From positions 12,477-76,476 of the forward strand of contig DAHXMM010000031.1 of NCBI GenBank assembly GCA_027371715.1: a stretch of 64,000 nucleotides of DNA. The letters run 5' to 3'. Position numbers and translations under genes: made by a program. The notes under the pieces are model-generated. The model ran no database searches. It saw only the letters and a program-made list of their open reading frames with translations, and had not been told where the DNA came from. This DNA is from Elusimicrobiota bacterium. GTDB lineage: Bacteria; Elusimicrobiota; Elusimicrobia; UBA1565; UBA9628. This document shows, in pieces, positions 1 through 10,355 of this stretch (its first letter is position 1; the number at the start of each line of letters is the position of its first letter).

Positions 1-1430
1 TTTTCCGCGATTTTATGGAAATCAATCTCAGGGGAAAGACGAGCTTCCTTCAAATGCAATCGCAAAATGCTTTCGCGGCCTTGGATATCCGGATTTTCAA
101 GCGCAATATGGGTTCCAAAGCGTCCTGAGCGCTTAAGAGCCTTATCGAGTTTTCCAAATTCATTGGTAGCCCCGATGATGAGAATGTTGTAATCCGGCCC
201 CGACAACTTATTCATTTCAGTTAAGAGGGCGTCAATGGTCATTTGCTTTTCGTGATCCGCCCCGCTGTCGGCCGTTCCGCCGCGGCTACCGAAGCCGTCG
301 ATTTCATCGATGAAAATTAGGGAAGGCTTTCCCGACTTTTTACTTTGTTCTCGCGCTTTTTCAAAAAATTTGCGCACGGCATCCGGACCGACTCCGACAA
401 ATTTATTCATGAAAGAAGCGCCGTCGGTCTTGAAAAAAGAATCCTTGTCAAGCTTAAGTTCTCCCGCGACGGCTTCGGCCAACAAAGTCTTTCCCGTTCC
501 CGGAGGGCCTACCAGGAGAAAGGCATTGCGAGGTTTAAACCTTGCGTTTATATTTCTGTACTTAGAAGGAGACTCAAAGGCCGAAACAATTTTCCGCACC
601 TCGGCTACGGCTTTGTCTTGTCCCGCGACATCGGCGAATGTGAGAGTGGACGCGGGAGCGTTTTCGTCCTTTTGCTTGGCGGCGCTGGTCTTCCAAACCT
701 TGCTTCGGGCGTTTTTCCAGTTAGAAATCTTTTGGCGGACATTGCCGCCAAATTTTTTCCAGACCCAATAAGTGAAGGCGACGGCGGCGGCGGTGAGAAC
801 AAGATGGGTCAGGCCGCTTGCGCCGAAAAGGGAAGTTAAAATGGAGTGGTGAGCCGGCGCGTTTTGCGGAGTTTGAAGCGGGGCCGCGATAGCGCGGGAA
901 ATGCCCGTTAAAGAAGCGACGGTTCCTGCCACAAAACCGACTTGACGCCAGGGCTTTAGAGAGGAAATCGTTTTTGCGGCGCGCGCTTTTGAAACTGGAG
1001 GCTCTTTGCGGCTTGCGAAGCCTTGGGAATGGTCAAAAAATCGCGTAAGGTTGCCGGCGAGGTTTTCCTTTTTGACAGAGACGGTTTTTTTCGCGTATTT
1101 GATGATCCCTGAAATTTGATGTCTGATTTTCTGAATTGGGTTTTGTTTTGTCGTTAGCGTTTGAGGGATAGCAGAAGCCTCAAGTTTTAACGTAGGGTTT
1201 TGAATGAATGATGCTTGGGGCGTCTCAAGCGTTTTTTCATTTGAAGTATTGACTTGATTAAGTTCTTCGTTTGATATAGGAGTTGCGGACTCTATATTAA
1301 GAGGAGATTGAGTAAGATTGAGAACTTGCGGGGAGTTCTCAGCATGAAAGGAAGTCTCCAAACTGCCCGCGAAAAGAGGGCCGGGCGCGCAGAGGGCCGC
1401 CGCGATGACCAGGGCGATTAATTTTTTCAT
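1..1430 (-). CDS. FtsH-like AAA+ ATPase with signal peptide and long N-terminal non-cytoplasmic region. The 3' end runs off the window (partial).
   Basis: I translated the minus strand from the ATG at 1430-1428, giving MKKLIALVIAAALCAPG.... Further on are Walker A LVGPPGTGKT, Walker B LIFIDEID, and ATNEFGKLDKALKRSGRF. It is absent from the ORF track because there is no stop inside the window. The + strand ORFs 310-771 and 345-839 are antisense shadows. Confidence 0.8.
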   Translation of the reverse strand, partial: MKKLIALVIAAALCAPGPLFAGSLETSFHAENSPQVLNLTQSPLNIESATPISNEELNQVNTSNEKTLETPQASFIQNPTLKLEASAIPQTLTTKQNPIQKIRHQISGIIKYAKKTVSVKKENLAGNLTRFFDHSQGFASRKEPPVSKARAAKTISSLKPWRQVGFVAGTVASLTGISRAIAAPLQTPQNAPAHHSILTSLFGASGLTHLVLTAAAVAFTYWVWKKFGGNVRQKISNWKNARSKVWKTSAAKQKDENAPASTLTFADVAGQDKAVAEVRKIVSAFESPSKYRNINARFKPRNAFLLVGPPGTGKTLLAEAVAGELKLDKDSFFKTDGASFMNKFVGVGPDAVRKFFEKAREQSKKSGKPSLIFIDEIDGFGSRGGTADSGADHEKQMTIDALLTEMNKLSGPDYNILIIGATNEFGKLDKALKRSGRFGTHIALENPDIQGRESILRLHLKEARLSPEIDFHKIAE

Positions 1431-1437
1431 CTTTCTC

Positions 1438-1443
1438 AGTGTA
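1438..1443 (-). promoter_or_regulatory. Candidate -10 box (TACACT), 7 nt upstream of the AAA+ ATG
   Basis: The reverse complement of 1438-1443 is TACACT. It is followed by gagaaag and then the ATG. It lies exactly 23 nt downstream of the tandem-repeat element 1467-1505. Confidence 0.4.
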
Positions 1444-1466
1444 AGATAATTTTCAAAAGTTAAACA

Positions 1467-1505
1467 GGGCCAAAAGGCCTAGACTCTTTAGGGTCAAAAG
1501 ACCTA
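1467..1505 (-). promoter_or_regulatory. Promoter-proximal tandem-repeat element (TAGGTC-type), copy 1
   Basis: The reverse complement reads TAGGTCTTTTGACCCTAAAGAGTCTAGGCCTTTTGGCCC. This is nearly identical to the copies at 52427 and 22658. Confidence 0.6.
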
Positions 1506-1556
1506 TATCTTTCGGCTTATTCGTCGAAAGAAAATAAAGCAGGGACTCTTGTTTGG

Positions 1557-1562
1557 TAAAAT
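1557..1562 (+). promoter_or_regulatory. Candidate extended -10 (TGgTAAAAT), 7 nt upstream of the ychF ATG
   Basis: The sequence is ttTGgTAAAATaaagaatATG. Confidence 0.4.
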
Positions 1563-1569
1563 AAAGAAT

Positions 1570-2640
1570 ATGGAAATCGGAATTGTCGGCTTGCCCAATG
1601 TCGGAAAATCCACTCTCTTTAACGCGTTGACCTCGGCCAATGCCCAGGCTTCCAATTATCCCTTTACGACGATTGAACCCAATGTCGGCATTGTCCCTGT
1701 TCCCGATTCTCGTCTCGGGCGATTAACGGAAATCTTTAAACCAAAAAAAACGACTCCGGCCGCGGTGCGTTTCGTCGATATCGCGGGATTAGTCAAGGGC
1801 GCCTCTTCAGGTGAAGGACTGGGGAATAAATTTTTGTCTCATATCCGGGAAGTGGACGCGATCTTGATGGTGGTGCGCCTTTTTAAAGATTCAAATGTCA
1901 CTCATGTGATGGGGGGAGTTGATCCGGAGCGCGATATTTCGGTTATCGAGACCGAACTCATTTTGGCCGATTTGGCCAGCCTTGAGAAGCAGAAGGAAAA
2001 ACTTTTCGGCAAGGCGAAATCCGGGGACAAGGAAAGCCGCGAGGCTCTTGAGTCTTTGGAAATGGTTAAGGCCGTTTTGGATTCCGGGCGTCCCGCGCGG
2101 AGTTGTGAAATGAGCCCCAAGGTCTTGGCCAGTTTTTCTCTGCTGACTTCAAAACCCGTTTTGTTTGTCGGAAACACCGATGAAGTTCCCGACCCCGTCT
2201 TGGTCGCTAAATTAGACGAGCTTGCGAAAAAACGCGGGGCCAGGGCCTTGACCTTGTGCTCCAAAATCGAATCTGAGATTTCGCAGCTCAATCCTGAAGA
2301 AAGAGAGACTTTTCTTAAGGAGATGGGAATTAAAACGACGGGGCTTGAACGAGTGATTCTCGCGGCCTATGAAATTTTGGGGTTGTGCAGCTATTTTACG
2401 GCCGGGGAAGACGAGGTGCGGGCCTGGACCATTCCGGTTGGCGCCAAGGCTCCGTTGGCTGCCGGAGTTATTCATTCTGATTTTGAGAAAGGTTTTATTC
2501 GCGCCGAGGTTTATTCCTTTAAAGATATCGCCGCGCATCTTAAAGAATCGGTTCTTCGCGAAAAAGGCCTCATTCGTTCCGAGGGGAAAGACTACATTGT
2601 CAAAGACGGAGACGTCTGTTTCTTTAAATTCTCAAACTGA
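1570..2640 (+). CDS. ychF: Ribosome-binding ATPase YchF
   Basis: The N-terminus [21 protein letters not shown] carries the G1 motif. The C-terminal TGS-like end is [13 protein letters not shown] preferred the ATG at 1570 over the upstream TTG at 1549. Confidence 0.92.
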   Translation: MEIGIVGLPNVGKSTLFNALTSANAQASNYPFTTIEPNVGIVPVPDSRLGRLTEIFKPKKTTPAAVRFVDIAGLVKGASSGEGLGNKFLSHIREVDAILMVVRLFKDSNVTHVMGGVDPERDISVIETELILADLASLEKQKEKLFGKAKSGDKESREALESLEMVKAVLDSGRPARSCEMSPKVLASFSLLTSKPVLFVGNTDEVPDPVLVAKLDELAKKRGARALTLCSKIESEISQLNPEERETFLKEMGIKTTGLERVILAAYEILGLCSYFTAGEDEVRAWTIPVGAKAPLAAGVIHSDFEKGFIRAEVYSFKDIAAHLKESVLREKGLIRSEGKDYIVKDGDVCFFKFSN

Positions 2641-2641
2641 T

Positions 2642-3787
2642 TTGAACTCGCCTCGTTGTTCAAGCTTTGGGATATGCGGCGGTTGTTCCTTGCAAAACGA
2701 GCCGTATCCCCGCCAGCTTGAAGGGAAACTGTCAAATCTAAAGACAGTGTTTGAGCCTCAGGGTGTTGTTCCTTCCGCCATTTTGCCTTCGCCTTCGGAG
2801 TGGTTTTACCGCAATAAAATGGAATTTAGTTTTGGCTCTGACGGCGTGGGCCTTTCCTTAGGTCTTAAGGCCAAAGGCCAGTGGTCGAAAGTTCTGAACT
2901 TAAAAGAGTGTTACCTTTTGTCTCCGGAATCTTCGGCCCTTTTAGAATCGGTTCGGAATTGGGCCTTGGCGGAAAAACTTTCCATTCATGACCCAAGGTC
3001 TCATCAAGGGTTACTCAGGCATTTAGTGGTGCGCGAGTCAGGGGATAAAAAAGAACGGATGGTTCTTTTAGTAAGTTCTGCGGAAGATTTTCCCAAGGAA
3101 TCTTTTATTCGCGCGGTTTTAGACTCTTATCCCGCCACCGGCGTTCTGTGGGGGAAAAACGATCAACTGTCGGATACGGCGTTAGTGGAAGAGCCGCGGC
3201 TTCTTTGGGGAAAGAATCATGTCGTCGAAACTTTAAAAAGCGGAAAACGGGAATTAAAATTCCAGGTTTCTCCGCAATCGTTTTTTCAATCCAATACCCG
3301 CGCTTCCGAAATTCTTCACGCGTTTATCCGCGAAAAAGCAAAGCTTGTTTCGCCCAAACTAATTCTTGATCTCTACTGCGGTTTAGGCGCAATCAGTTTG
3401 TCGGTGGCTGATTTGTGTGATAAAGTGATCGGGCTTGAATCAGTGGAAGCTGCTGTTTTGGACGCTCGCTTCAACGCCGATTTAAACGGAGTTAAAAATG
3501 CTTCTTTTTATAGCGGTTTGGCCGAGATCCTTTTGCCCGCTTTGCTGGCCATGAAGCCTGAGCTTTTGATTGTAGATCCTCCCCGATCCGGCATTCACCC
3601 GAAAGCCCTTTCCATGATTGAAAAAGCCGAGATCCCTGCGGTTCTGTATGTCTCTTGCAACCCTAAAACTCTTTTGCGAGACTTAAGCGTTCTCTTGACG
3701 CGCTATAAACCCATTTCTTTTGAAGCCTTTGATTTCTTTCCGCAGACCGAGCATGTTGAGACGGCGATTTTTCTCGCGCGCCGATGA
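2642..3787 (+). CDS. RumA/TrmA-family SAM-dependent RNA (uracil-5)-methyltransferase, without a TRAM domain
   Basis: There is a Cys cluster CSSFGICGGC. The SAM fold is LDLYCGLGAISL, followed by DPPRSG and FDFFPQTEHVE. The ORF-track start at 2369 lies inside ychF, so I propose the in-frame TTG at 2642. Confidence 0.75.
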   Translation: MNSPRCSSFGICGGCSLQNEPYPRQLEGKLSNLKTVFEPQGVVPSAILPSPSEWFYRNKMEFSFGSDGVGLSLGLKAKGQWSKVLNLKECYLLSPESSALLESVRNWALAEKLSIHDPRSHQGLLRHLVVRESGDKKERMVLLVSSAEDFPKESFIRAVLDSYPATGVLWGKNDQLSDTALVEEPRLLWGKNHVVETLKSGKRELKFQVSPQSFFQSNTRASEILHAFIREKAKLVSPKLILDLYCGLGAISLSVADLCDKVIGLESVEAAVLDARFNADLNGVKNASFYSGLAEILLPALLAMKPELLIVDPPRSGIHPKALSMIEKAEIPAVLYVSCNPKTLLRDLSVLLTRYKPISFEAFDFFPQTEHVETAIFLARR

Positions 3788-3824
3788 TTTCCTCTCCAAT
3801 GCCTTGTCCTATACTCTTAAAGCC

Positions 3825-3867
3825 GGCATTGTCCCGACCTTAAGATTATTGAGGAACGGGGCCAAAA
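3825..3867 (+). repeat. Degenerate copy of the composite intergenic element (matches 32644-32682)
   Basis: GGCATTGTCCCGACCTTAAGATTATTGAGGAACGGGGCC compares with GGCATTGTCCCTACCTCAAGATTATTGCGGAAGGGGAC at 32644. Confidence 0.6.
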
Positions 3868-3883
3868 ATGCGATACTAGATGT

Positions 3884-4213
3884 ATGGCGCGCTTAGACGG
3901 AAAGGAGATGGAGTCCGTTCGGAGCGTTTTAAATTCAATTCTCGCTGATTTTCCGGGCTCGCGCGTTTGGCTGTTCGGGTCCCGGGCCAAGGAAAATGCG
4001 CGCGGCGGCGACATTGATTTTCTCATCGAGATCAAGGTCCCGGTCCGGGACGCGGCGGATTTAAAGAGAAAATGGGCGCGTCTCTTTAAAGACAGGATGG
4101 GGGAGCAAAAAATAGATATTGTCCTTAAATACCCGGGCGCCAAACCCAGCAGTTTTTACGATTTGGCCAAAAGCGAGGGAGAAATTATTTGGAGCCATCC
4201 AAGACCGAGCTGA
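3884..4213 (+). CDS. Nucleotidyltransferase-domain protein (MNT-type antitoxin)
   Basis: The motif is LFGSRAKENARGGDIDFLIE (GS...DxD). It overlaps the following HEPN gene. Confidence 0.75.
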   Translation: MARLDGKEMESVRSVLNSILADFPGSRVWLFGSRAKENARGGDIDFLIEIKVPVRDAADLKRKWARLFKDRMGEQKIDIVLKYPGAKPSSFYDLAKSEGEIIWSHPRPS

Positions 4214-4659
4214 AAAAGAAGTATCTTGCGGAGCAGTTGGAGGCGGCGCGCCGGGCCGTCAATGCCTTGACCTTGTCCCATGAATCTCTTCAGGCAAAAT
4301 ATCCTTTTCCGCATTCCTTGTCCAACGAACTAGACGAGAAGTTGGAATCTTTGACCTCGCGCTTCGCGCGCTTGACCGATATCTTGACGCAGAAAGTTTT
4401 CCGCGCCATAGACGCTCTCGAGCTCGAAAATGAAGGGACTTTGCTCGATCGCTTAAACCGTATGGAAAAGCGCGGAGTGATTTCCTCGGCTTCTCTTTGG
4501 CGGGATATTCGCGATTTGCGCAATCAAATATCGCATGACTATTTGGAGGATGAAATCGAATCGTTGAGAAACGGCGCGTTTAAATACTGCCCCGATTTGT
4601 TCGCCGCGTTTAAATCCGCCGAGTCCTACGCGCGAAAAATTCTGGAGCGCGATGAATAA
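4189..4659 (+). CDS. HEPN/DUF86-like protein (HepT-type toxin)
   Basis: The R-x4-H motif is RNQISHDY. The gene is paired with the upstream MNT, and its stop overlaps the carA start. Confidence 0.65.
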   Translation: MEPSKTELKKKYLAEQLEAARRAVNALTLSHESLQAKYPFPHSLSNELDEKLESLTSRFARLTDILTQKVFRAIDALELENEGTLLDRLNRMEKRGVISSASLWRDIRDLRNQISHDYLEDEIESLRNGAFKYCPDLFAAFKSAESYARKILERDE

Positions 4660-5752
4660 AAAAACGCCCGCCGTTATCGTTCTTGAAGATCAAAGCGTGT
4701 GGCCCGGGTTTTCCTGTGGCGCATTAGGAGAAGCGGAAGGCGAATTTGTCTTCAACACCGCGATGACGGGATATCAGGAAATTCTGACCGACCCCTCCTA
4801 CAAAAACCAAATCGTCATCATGAGTTATCCCTTGATTGGGAATTACGGAATTATAACCAAGGACCACGAGGCGGAACGTCCATTTCTTTCGGGTTTTGTG
4901 GTCGGAGAACTCTGCAAAAACCCGTCTAATTGGGAGATGACGGAAACCTTGGAGTCTTTTTTAAAACGCCACGCGGTGGTCGCCATCGAGGGCGTGGATA
5001 CCCGCGCCTTGATCTTGCATTTGAGAAATAAGGGCGTCTTGCGCGGCTTGATCTCCACGCAAACTTCGGAACTCGGGCGTTTAAAGAAAAAAGTAAAATC
5101 CATTCCTTCCATGGTCGGCGCCGCTTTGGCCGAGCAGGTTTCTTGCCGGGAGAAATATTCCTGGAGTTCTTCCGGGAAACCTCATGTTTTGGTTTATGAT
5201 TTTGGCGTTAAAAGAGGCATTTTAAGAGCTTTGGCGGCGGAGGATTTTCGCGTGACCGTTCTTCCGGCCCGCACCTCCGCCCAAGAAGCTCTTGCCTTGA
5301 AGCCGGATGGAATTGTTCTCTCCAACGGCCCCGGAGATCCGGAACCGCTCAAAGAAATTATTCAGGCGACAAAGGCCTTGATCGATTCCGGAAAACCAAT
5401 TTTCGGAATTTGTTTGGGGCACCAGATACTCGCCTTGGCCTTGGGCGGAAAAACCTATAAGCTTAAATTTGGGCATCATGGGTCCAATCATCCGGTGATG
5501 GAGCTTGGATCTCGTCAAGTTGAGATTACCTCTCAAAACCACGGCTTTGCGGTCGATGCGGCGTCCTTGCCTGATTGCGTGTCCTTGACTCATTTAAGCC
5601 TTAACGATCAATCCTGCGAGGGGTTCGCGCATAAAGAGGCGCCGGTTCTTTCGCTTCAGTATCATCCCGAGGCTTCCGCCGGCCCCCATGACGCGCTTAA
5701 ATATTTCCGGCGATTTAAAGAAATGATTGAGAAAAAGGTGAGCCGAACTTGA
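4652..5752 (+). CDS. carA: Carbamoyl-phosphate synthase small (glutaminase) subunit
   Basis: The glutamine amidotransferase triad context is GICLGHQ ... HPE, and the N-terminal CPSase_sm domain is present. Confidence 0.93.
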   Translation: MNKKTPAVIVLEDQSVWPGFSCGALGEAEGEFVFNTAMTGYQEILTDPSYKNQIVIMSYPLIGNYGIITKDHEAERPFLSGFVVGELCKNPSNWEMTETLESFLKRHAVVAIEGVDTRALILHLRNKGVLRGLISTQTSELGRLKKKVKSIPSMVGAALAEQVSCREKYSWSSSGKPHVLVYDFGVKRGILRALAAEDFRVTVLPARTSAQEALALKPDGIVLSNGPGDPEPLKEIIQATKALIDSGKPIFGICLGHQILALALGGKTYKLKFGHHGSNHPVMELGSRQVEITSQNHGFAVDAASLPDCVSLTHLSLNDQSCEGFAHKEAPVLSLQYHPEASAGPHDALKYFRRFKEMIEKKVSRT

Positions 5753-5756
5753 GACT

Positions 5757-8700
5757 ATGCCTAAAAGAAACGATTTAAAGACGATTTTGGTCATCGGTTC
5801 CGGCCCCATCGTCATCGGTCAGGCTTGCGAATTCGACTATTCCGGAACCCAGGGAATCAAGGCTTTAAGAGGCGAAGGCTACCGAGTTATATTGGCTAAT
5901 TCCAATCCCGCGACGATTATGACGGATGCCGAGCTTTCGGATCGGACCTATATTGAGCCCTTAACCCCGGAGTATTTGGCGCGCGTTATTGAAAAAGAAA
6001 GGCCGGAGGCTCTGTTACCTACCTTGGGAGGCCAAACCGCGCTCAATCTCGCGGTGGCTTTAAGCGAGCGCGGAATTCTTGAAAAATTTTCGGTCGAACT
6101 TTTGGGCGCGAACCTTGAAACGATTCGCAAAGCCGAAGACCGCGAGCTGTTTAAAAAGACGATGGAATCAATCTTTGTTTCCGTTCCTCGGGGAGTGGTC
6201 ATCAGCGAATCTTCCGAAATTCGCGCGATTGCCCGCGATCTGGGCTTTCCCTTGATCGTCCGTCCTTCTTTTACCTTAGGGGGAACCGGCGGCGGCATCG
6301 CCTATAATTTAGAAGACTTGCGCCAAAAAGTTCACTCGGCTCTCGAGGCTAGCCCCATCAAAAAAGTCCTTCTTGAGGAATCGGTCTTGGGCTGGAAGGA
6401 ATTTGAGCTCGAAGTGATGCGGGATAAAAAAGACAATTTCGTCGTCGTGTGTTCGATTGAAAATCTGGACCCCATGGGGATTCATACCGGCGACTCCATT
6501 ACGGTGGCGCCCTCTCAGACCCTCAGCGACCGCCAGTATCAAGAAATGCGCGACTTGGCGAAAAAAATTGTCTCGGCTATCGGGGTTGAAACGGGGGGAT
6601 GCAACATCCAATTTGCCGTTCACCCTAAAACCGGGCGCGTGGCGGCGATAGAAATTAATCCCCGCGTTTCCCGCAGTTCCGCTCTGGCCTCAAAAGCGAC
6701 CGGCTTTCCTATCGCGAAAATCGCGGCGCTCCTTGCCGTCGGTTACACCTTGGATGAAATTCCCAACGCGATTACGAAATCAACCCCCGCTTCTTTTGAA
6801 CCCTCCATTGATTACGTGGTGACGAAAATTCCGCGTTTTGCCTCGGAAAAATTCGGGAACTTTACGCTCGATACCGCGATGAAATCAGTCGGAGAAACGA
6901 TGGCCTTGGGGCGCACATTTAAAGAATCTTTTCAGAAAGCGTTGCGCGGGCTCGAACTGTCTTCTCGCAGTCTTCCCTCTTTTAACTCTCCGGAAAACCC
7001 GCAGGAATGGATGAAGCTTTTATCCTTGCCCTCTTCTTCTCGAATCTTTTGGCTGAGAGCCGCCCTTAAATGCGGAATTTCGATAGAGGATATTTCCGCC
7101 TGGACTTCGATTGACCCGTGGTTTATCCATCAGATTAAGGAATTGACGGATTTTGAGGAAGATTTAAGAAGCGAGAAACTGAGTCCCGAACTTTTGCTTG
7201 AAGCCAAGCGCCTTGGCTTTTCAGACGCGGAAGTATCGCGAATTAAAAACATGGCGGAGAAGGCGATTAGAAGCTTGAGGAGAAAATGGAAAATCAAACC
7301 CGTCTATAAGATGGTGGATTCCTGCGCCGGAGAGTTTCCGTCCACAACCCCTTACGTCTATTCGACCTATCTGCCCGGCGGAGATTTAAAGCCGTCCGCG
7401 AAAAAAAAGAAGGTTTTGGTCATCGGCTCCGGTCCCAACCGTATCGGACAAGGAATTGAATTTGATTATTGTTGCGTTCAAGCTTTAAACGCCTTGCGGC
7501 AAGAGGGTTTTGAGGCATTGATGATTAATTCAAATCCCGAGACGGTTTCAACCGACTATGATCACGCCGACCGCCTCTATTTTGAACCCTTGGCCTTGGA
7601 AAACGTGCTTGCGGTCATTGATTTTGAGCGCCCGCAAGGGGTGTTAGTCCAATTTGGCGGACAAACCCCGCTCAATTTAGCCGAAGGGCTTGAGAATGCG
7701 GGAGCAAAAATCTTGGGAACCTCGGTTAAGTCCATCAACCGCTCGGAAGACCGGAAACTCTTCGCCCAAATCTTGAAGCGCCTTCAAATTCCCGCGCCCG
7801 CCCATGGGGCCGCGAAAAACGCCAAAGAGGCCGTCACCGCCGCGCTTAGAATCGGTTTTCCCGTCATGGTTCGCCCGAGTTTCGTCTTGGGCGGGCTGTC
7901 CATGGCGATTGTAGACGACGTAAAAACCCTCCGGCGTTATCTGGAAGAAAACCCCTTGGCTTCTGGAGCGGAAATTTTTATCGACCGTTTTTTAGCGGAC
8001 GCGACCGAAGTGGACGTGGACGCGGTTTCGGACGGAACCTTGGTTTATATCGCCGGCATCATGGAGCATATTGAAGAGGCGGGCATTCATTCTGGAGATT
8101 CGGCCTGCACCTTGCCCCCGCGTTCTTTAAGTCCGGCCTTAATTTCCACGATTTCCTCTTATACCCGGAAAATCGCGCGCGCTTTGAAGGTCAAGGGCCT
8201 CATCAATATTCAATTCGCGGTTAAAGATGGAGCGGTTTATATTATTGAAGCTAATCCCCGCGCCTCTCGAACGATTCCTTTTTTAAGCAAGGCTACGGGA
8301 GTTTCGCTTGCTCAAATCGCGACCAAGGCGGCTTTGGGAAAAAGCCTCAAAAATTTATTGCCGGCCACTCTTCTTAAAAACTCTCCGCCCGATCTTCCGT
8401 TTACGGCGACAAAAGAAGTCGTCCTTCCTTTTATTAAGTTTCCCGGAATCGATCCGCGCCTGGGCCCCGAGATGAAGTCTACCGGAGAAGTGATGGGACT
8501 AGATTCCGATTTCCCGCGTTCCTTTGTCAAATCCCAAGAGGCGAGCGGAATTTTAATTCCGAAAGGGGGAGCGGTTTTTATCAGCGTTCGGGATGAGGAC
8601 AAGTTCCAGATACTGGCGACCGCGCAAGCTCTTAAGGGACTGGGTTTTTCGTTAATCGCCACTCCCGGCACGCATTCCTTTTTTTCGCGGCACGGCCTTG

Positions 8701-8981
8701 AAAGTGCGCGAATCGCCAAAATCGGAGACGGGAAGCCGGATGTGGTTGATTTGTTAAAGCAGAGAAACGTGACCTTGGCCATCAACACTCCCTCCGGCCA
8801 GCGTTCCCGCTCGGACGGTTACGCGATACGGAGAACCGCCCTTGAATTTAACATTCCCTGCGTGACCAATATCCGGAGCTGCCAAGCCCTGGTCGGCGCC
8901 CTCTCCGCCTCCCGAAAAAATTCTCCCGACGTCAAGCCTCTTCAGGATTATTACCAAGAACTCGCGTATTTGGAGAAATAA
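5757..8981 (+). CDS. carB: Carbamoyl-phosphate synthase large subunit
   Basis: The protein is 1074 aa with duplicated ATP-grasp halves ([21 protein letters not shown] and [20 protein letters not shown]). A MGS-like C-terminus is present. Confidence 0.95.
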   Translation: MPKRNDLKTILVIGSGPIVIGQACEFDYSGTQGIKALRGEGYRVILANSNPATIMTDAELSDRTYIEPLTPEYLARVIEKERPEALLPTLGGQTALNLAVALSERGILEKFSVELLGANLETIRKAEDRELFKKTMESIFVSVPRGVVISESSEIRAIARDLGFPLIVRPSFTLGGTGGGIAYNLEDLRQKVHSALEASPIKKVLLEESVLGWKEFELEVMRDKKDNFVVVCSIENLDPMGIHTGDSITVAPSQTLSDRQYQEMRDLAKKIVSAIGVETGGCNIQFAVHPKTGRVAAIEINPRVSRSSALASKATGFPIAKIAALLAVGYTLDEIPNAITKSTPASFEPSIDYVVTKIPRFASEKFGNFTLDTAMKSVGETMALGRTFKESFQKALRGLELSSRSLPSFNSPENPQEWMKLLSLPSSSRIFWLRAALKCGISIEDISAWTSIDPWFIHQIKELTDFEEDLRSEKLSPELLLEAKRLGFSDAEVSRIKNMAEKAIRSLRRKWKIKPVYKMVDSCAGEFPSTTPYVYSTYLPGGDLKPSAKKKKVLVIGSGPNRIGQGIEFDYCCVQALNALRQEGFEALMINSNPETVSTDYDHADRLYFEPLALENVLAVIDFERPQGVLVQFGGQTPLNLAEGLENAGAKILGTSVKSINRSEDRKLFAQILKRLQIPAPAHGAAKNAKEAVTAALRIGFPVMVRPSFVLGGLSMAIVDDVKTLRRYLEENPLASGAEIFIDRFLADATEVDVDAVSDGTLVYIAGIMEHIEEAGIHSGDSACTLPPRSLSPALISTISSYTRKIARALKVKGLINIQFAVKDGAVYIIEANPRASRTIPFLSKATGVSLAQIATKAALGKSLKNLLPATLLKNSPPDLPFTATKEVVLPFIKFPGIDPRLGPEMKSTGEVMGLDSDFPRSFVKSQEASGILIPKGGAVFISVRDEDKFQILATAQALKGLGFSLIATPGTHSFFSRHGLESARIAKIGDGKPDVVDLLKQRNVTLAINTPSGQRSRSDGYAIRRTALEFNIPCVTNIRSCQALVGALSASRKNSPDVKPLQDYYQELAYLEK

Positions 8982-9048
8982 ACTAGAGAGGTCGTTCTAA
9001 AATGAGGCATTCTTCTCGAGTTTTTCAATCAAAGAGGATGTAACTATC

Positions 9049-9279
9049 TTGTTTAGACCGCTGAGCATTATGTTTGTATCGTGGACAATCGTAGTATTAA
9101 TCATCGCTTTTACAGTGGAAGTATTCAATTGGATATATGCGCTAGTAATTCAAAAACAGTTTTTTCATTTGGGAATATGGATTATGCTATCCATGCCTTT
9201 TATCTTCTTATTGTTTGGACTTGGAATACTTTATTGGTTTAATCGTAACAAGAAACAGAAAAACGTCAGGATAAAATAG
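9049..9279 (+). CDS. Small hypothetical membrane protein (2 TM)
   Basis: This is only a hydrophobic ORF in an AT-rich islet. The start is uncertain (TTG 9049 or ATG 9070). Confidence 0.35.
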   Translation: MFRPLSIMFVSWTIVVLIIAFTVEVFNWIYALVIQKQFFHLGIWIMLSMPFIFLLFGLGILYWFNRNKKQKNVRIK

Positions 9280-9280
9280 A

Positions 9281-9415
9281 TGGGGACAGATAGAATGAAT
9301 GAGCCGACAACCTCGCAAAGTTATTAGAATACGCGGGTTATTCCCTGAAAGGGAACCTATCCGCAAATAACAAGGAGGCGTCGGCTCATGAAAGATTGTA
9401 ACACAATAGTCCCCA
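9281..9415. other. Rod-like nested inverted-repeat element (candidate MITE or structured RNA)
   Basis: The helices are nested. TGGGGAC 9281-9287 pairs with GTCCCCA 9409-9415. GAGCCGAC 9301-9308 pairs with GTCGGCTC 9380-9387. CCTC 9311-9314 pairs with GAGG 9375-9378. GCGG 9333-9336 pairs with CCGC 9361-9364. TTCCC 9341-9345 pairs with GGGAA 9351-9355. Confidence 0.45.
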
Positions 9416-9493
9416 GTTTCGTGCTCGTGGGTAAACTATGAGAGATGGAAACAGGGATTATTCCTGTTTCTGCCCAGCTTTCAAGAGACTATT

Positions 9494-9763
9494 ATGTCAT
9501 TGACAAAAAGCTGTAGATCCTTGTTGTTGTTATTGTCTGGGGCTATTTTTTCGCTTCTGGTTTACAAGAGAATCAACTCGGCGTGGATGGCAATTTTATG
9601 GGCGGCGCTTATTGGCGTTGCTTATTTCCCGTTGGCGCGTTTTCGATGTTCGGGGTGCGGCAAGTTCCCATTTAAAAATATCATTAACATTGGCGGAATG
9701 CCGCTTCTGTGTTTTGCAAAGCATCAAACATGCGATTATTGCGGGCGGTCTCTTGAAGTGTGA
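9494..9763 (+). CDS. Small membrane protein with C-terminal zinc-ribbon-like CxxC...CxxC
   Basis: There are two hydrophobic helices, followed by CSGCGK ... CDYCGR. Confidence 0.4.
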   Translation: MSLTKSCRSLLLLLSGAIFSLLVYKRINSAWMAILWAALIGVAYFPLARFRCSGCGKFPFKNIINIGGMPLLCFAKHQTCDYCGRSLEV

Positions 9764-9769
9764 ACGGCA

Positions 9770-9795
9770 TGGAAATGGGGACAGTCCCTATTTTC
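9770..9795. repeat. GGGGAC-N-GTCCC palindromic repeat copy
   Basis: The sequence is GGAAATGGGGACAGTCCCTATTTTCC. Confidence 0.6.
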
Positions 9796-9870
9796 CATCG
9801 CCGAATCGGCTACGCACGAATCTTGATAAAAGCGATTTGCCGGCTTGCGCCTGAGATTTAGGCTTTGACG

Positions 9871-10143
9871 CTATCTGTAAATCTCATGCGTGCCGACGTC
9901 GTAGTAAAGGACTTCATTGCCGTCCAGGAACGCGAACAGAACGCGGTATTGATAATTGACGGAATAGGACCAATATCCGTCCAGTTCTCCTTTCAGCTTG
10001 TGAGCGCCGAGCCTGGGATCAAGCGCATCCGCGCGGAACCATAGATCTTTTTTCTCGGCAAGCGTCCGGACCGGTTTGGGAAGTCGGCGGAAAGATTTTC
10101 GAAAATCGGAGGTGGTGTGAATCCTTAAGACTGGCCGAGTCAC
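9871..10143 (-). CDS. RelE/ParE-family type II toxin
   Basis: The protein is 90 aa. The motif is HKLKGELDGYWSYSVNYQYRVLFAF...VGTHEIYR. A small upstream partner gene is present. Confidence 0.75.
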   Translation of the reverse strand: MTRPVLRIHTTSDFRKSFRRLPKPVRTLAEKKDLWFRADALDPRLGAHKLKGELDGYWSYSVNYQYRVLFAFLDGNEVLYYDVGTHEIYR

Positions 10144-10150
10144 GACGGCT

Positions 10151-10345
10151 TCAACGGAGCTCCGAAAGGGATGTAATCGTCAAACGAGTCCTTCCTTTCA
10201 GCAATTCCTTATTGCCGCGCCTGATTTTAGACAGAGCGTCGCGAGTTTCCGCGAGCCGCTTTTGCAGCTCTTGATAGTCCTTCCTGCGGATGATGAGCAA
10301 TTCATCGCCGTGGGTGACGTTTTTGGGGATAGTAATCGTGGACAT
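10151..10345 (-). CDS. Antitoxin partner of the RelE-like toxin
   Basis: This is a 64-aa ORF lying 8 nt upstream of the toxin. An SD (GAGGAG) sits 7 nt before the ATG. Confidence 0.6.
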   Translation of the reverse strand: MSTITIPKNVTHGDELLIIRRKDYQELQKRLAETRDALSKIRRGNKELLKGRTRLTITSLSELR

Positions 10346-10355
10346 ATCTAGTCTC

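Noticed and set aside
310-839. Two + strand ORFs of 153 and 164 aa
   Set aside because: They lie antisense to a clear AAA+ ATPase reading frame with Walker A and B motifs. Their translations are low-complexity with no motifs.
2369-2641. N-terminal 91 codons of the ORF-track methyltransferase ORF
   Set aside because: This part lies entirely within the well-supported ychF coding region in another frame. The recognisable methyltransferase sequence starts after the ychF stop.
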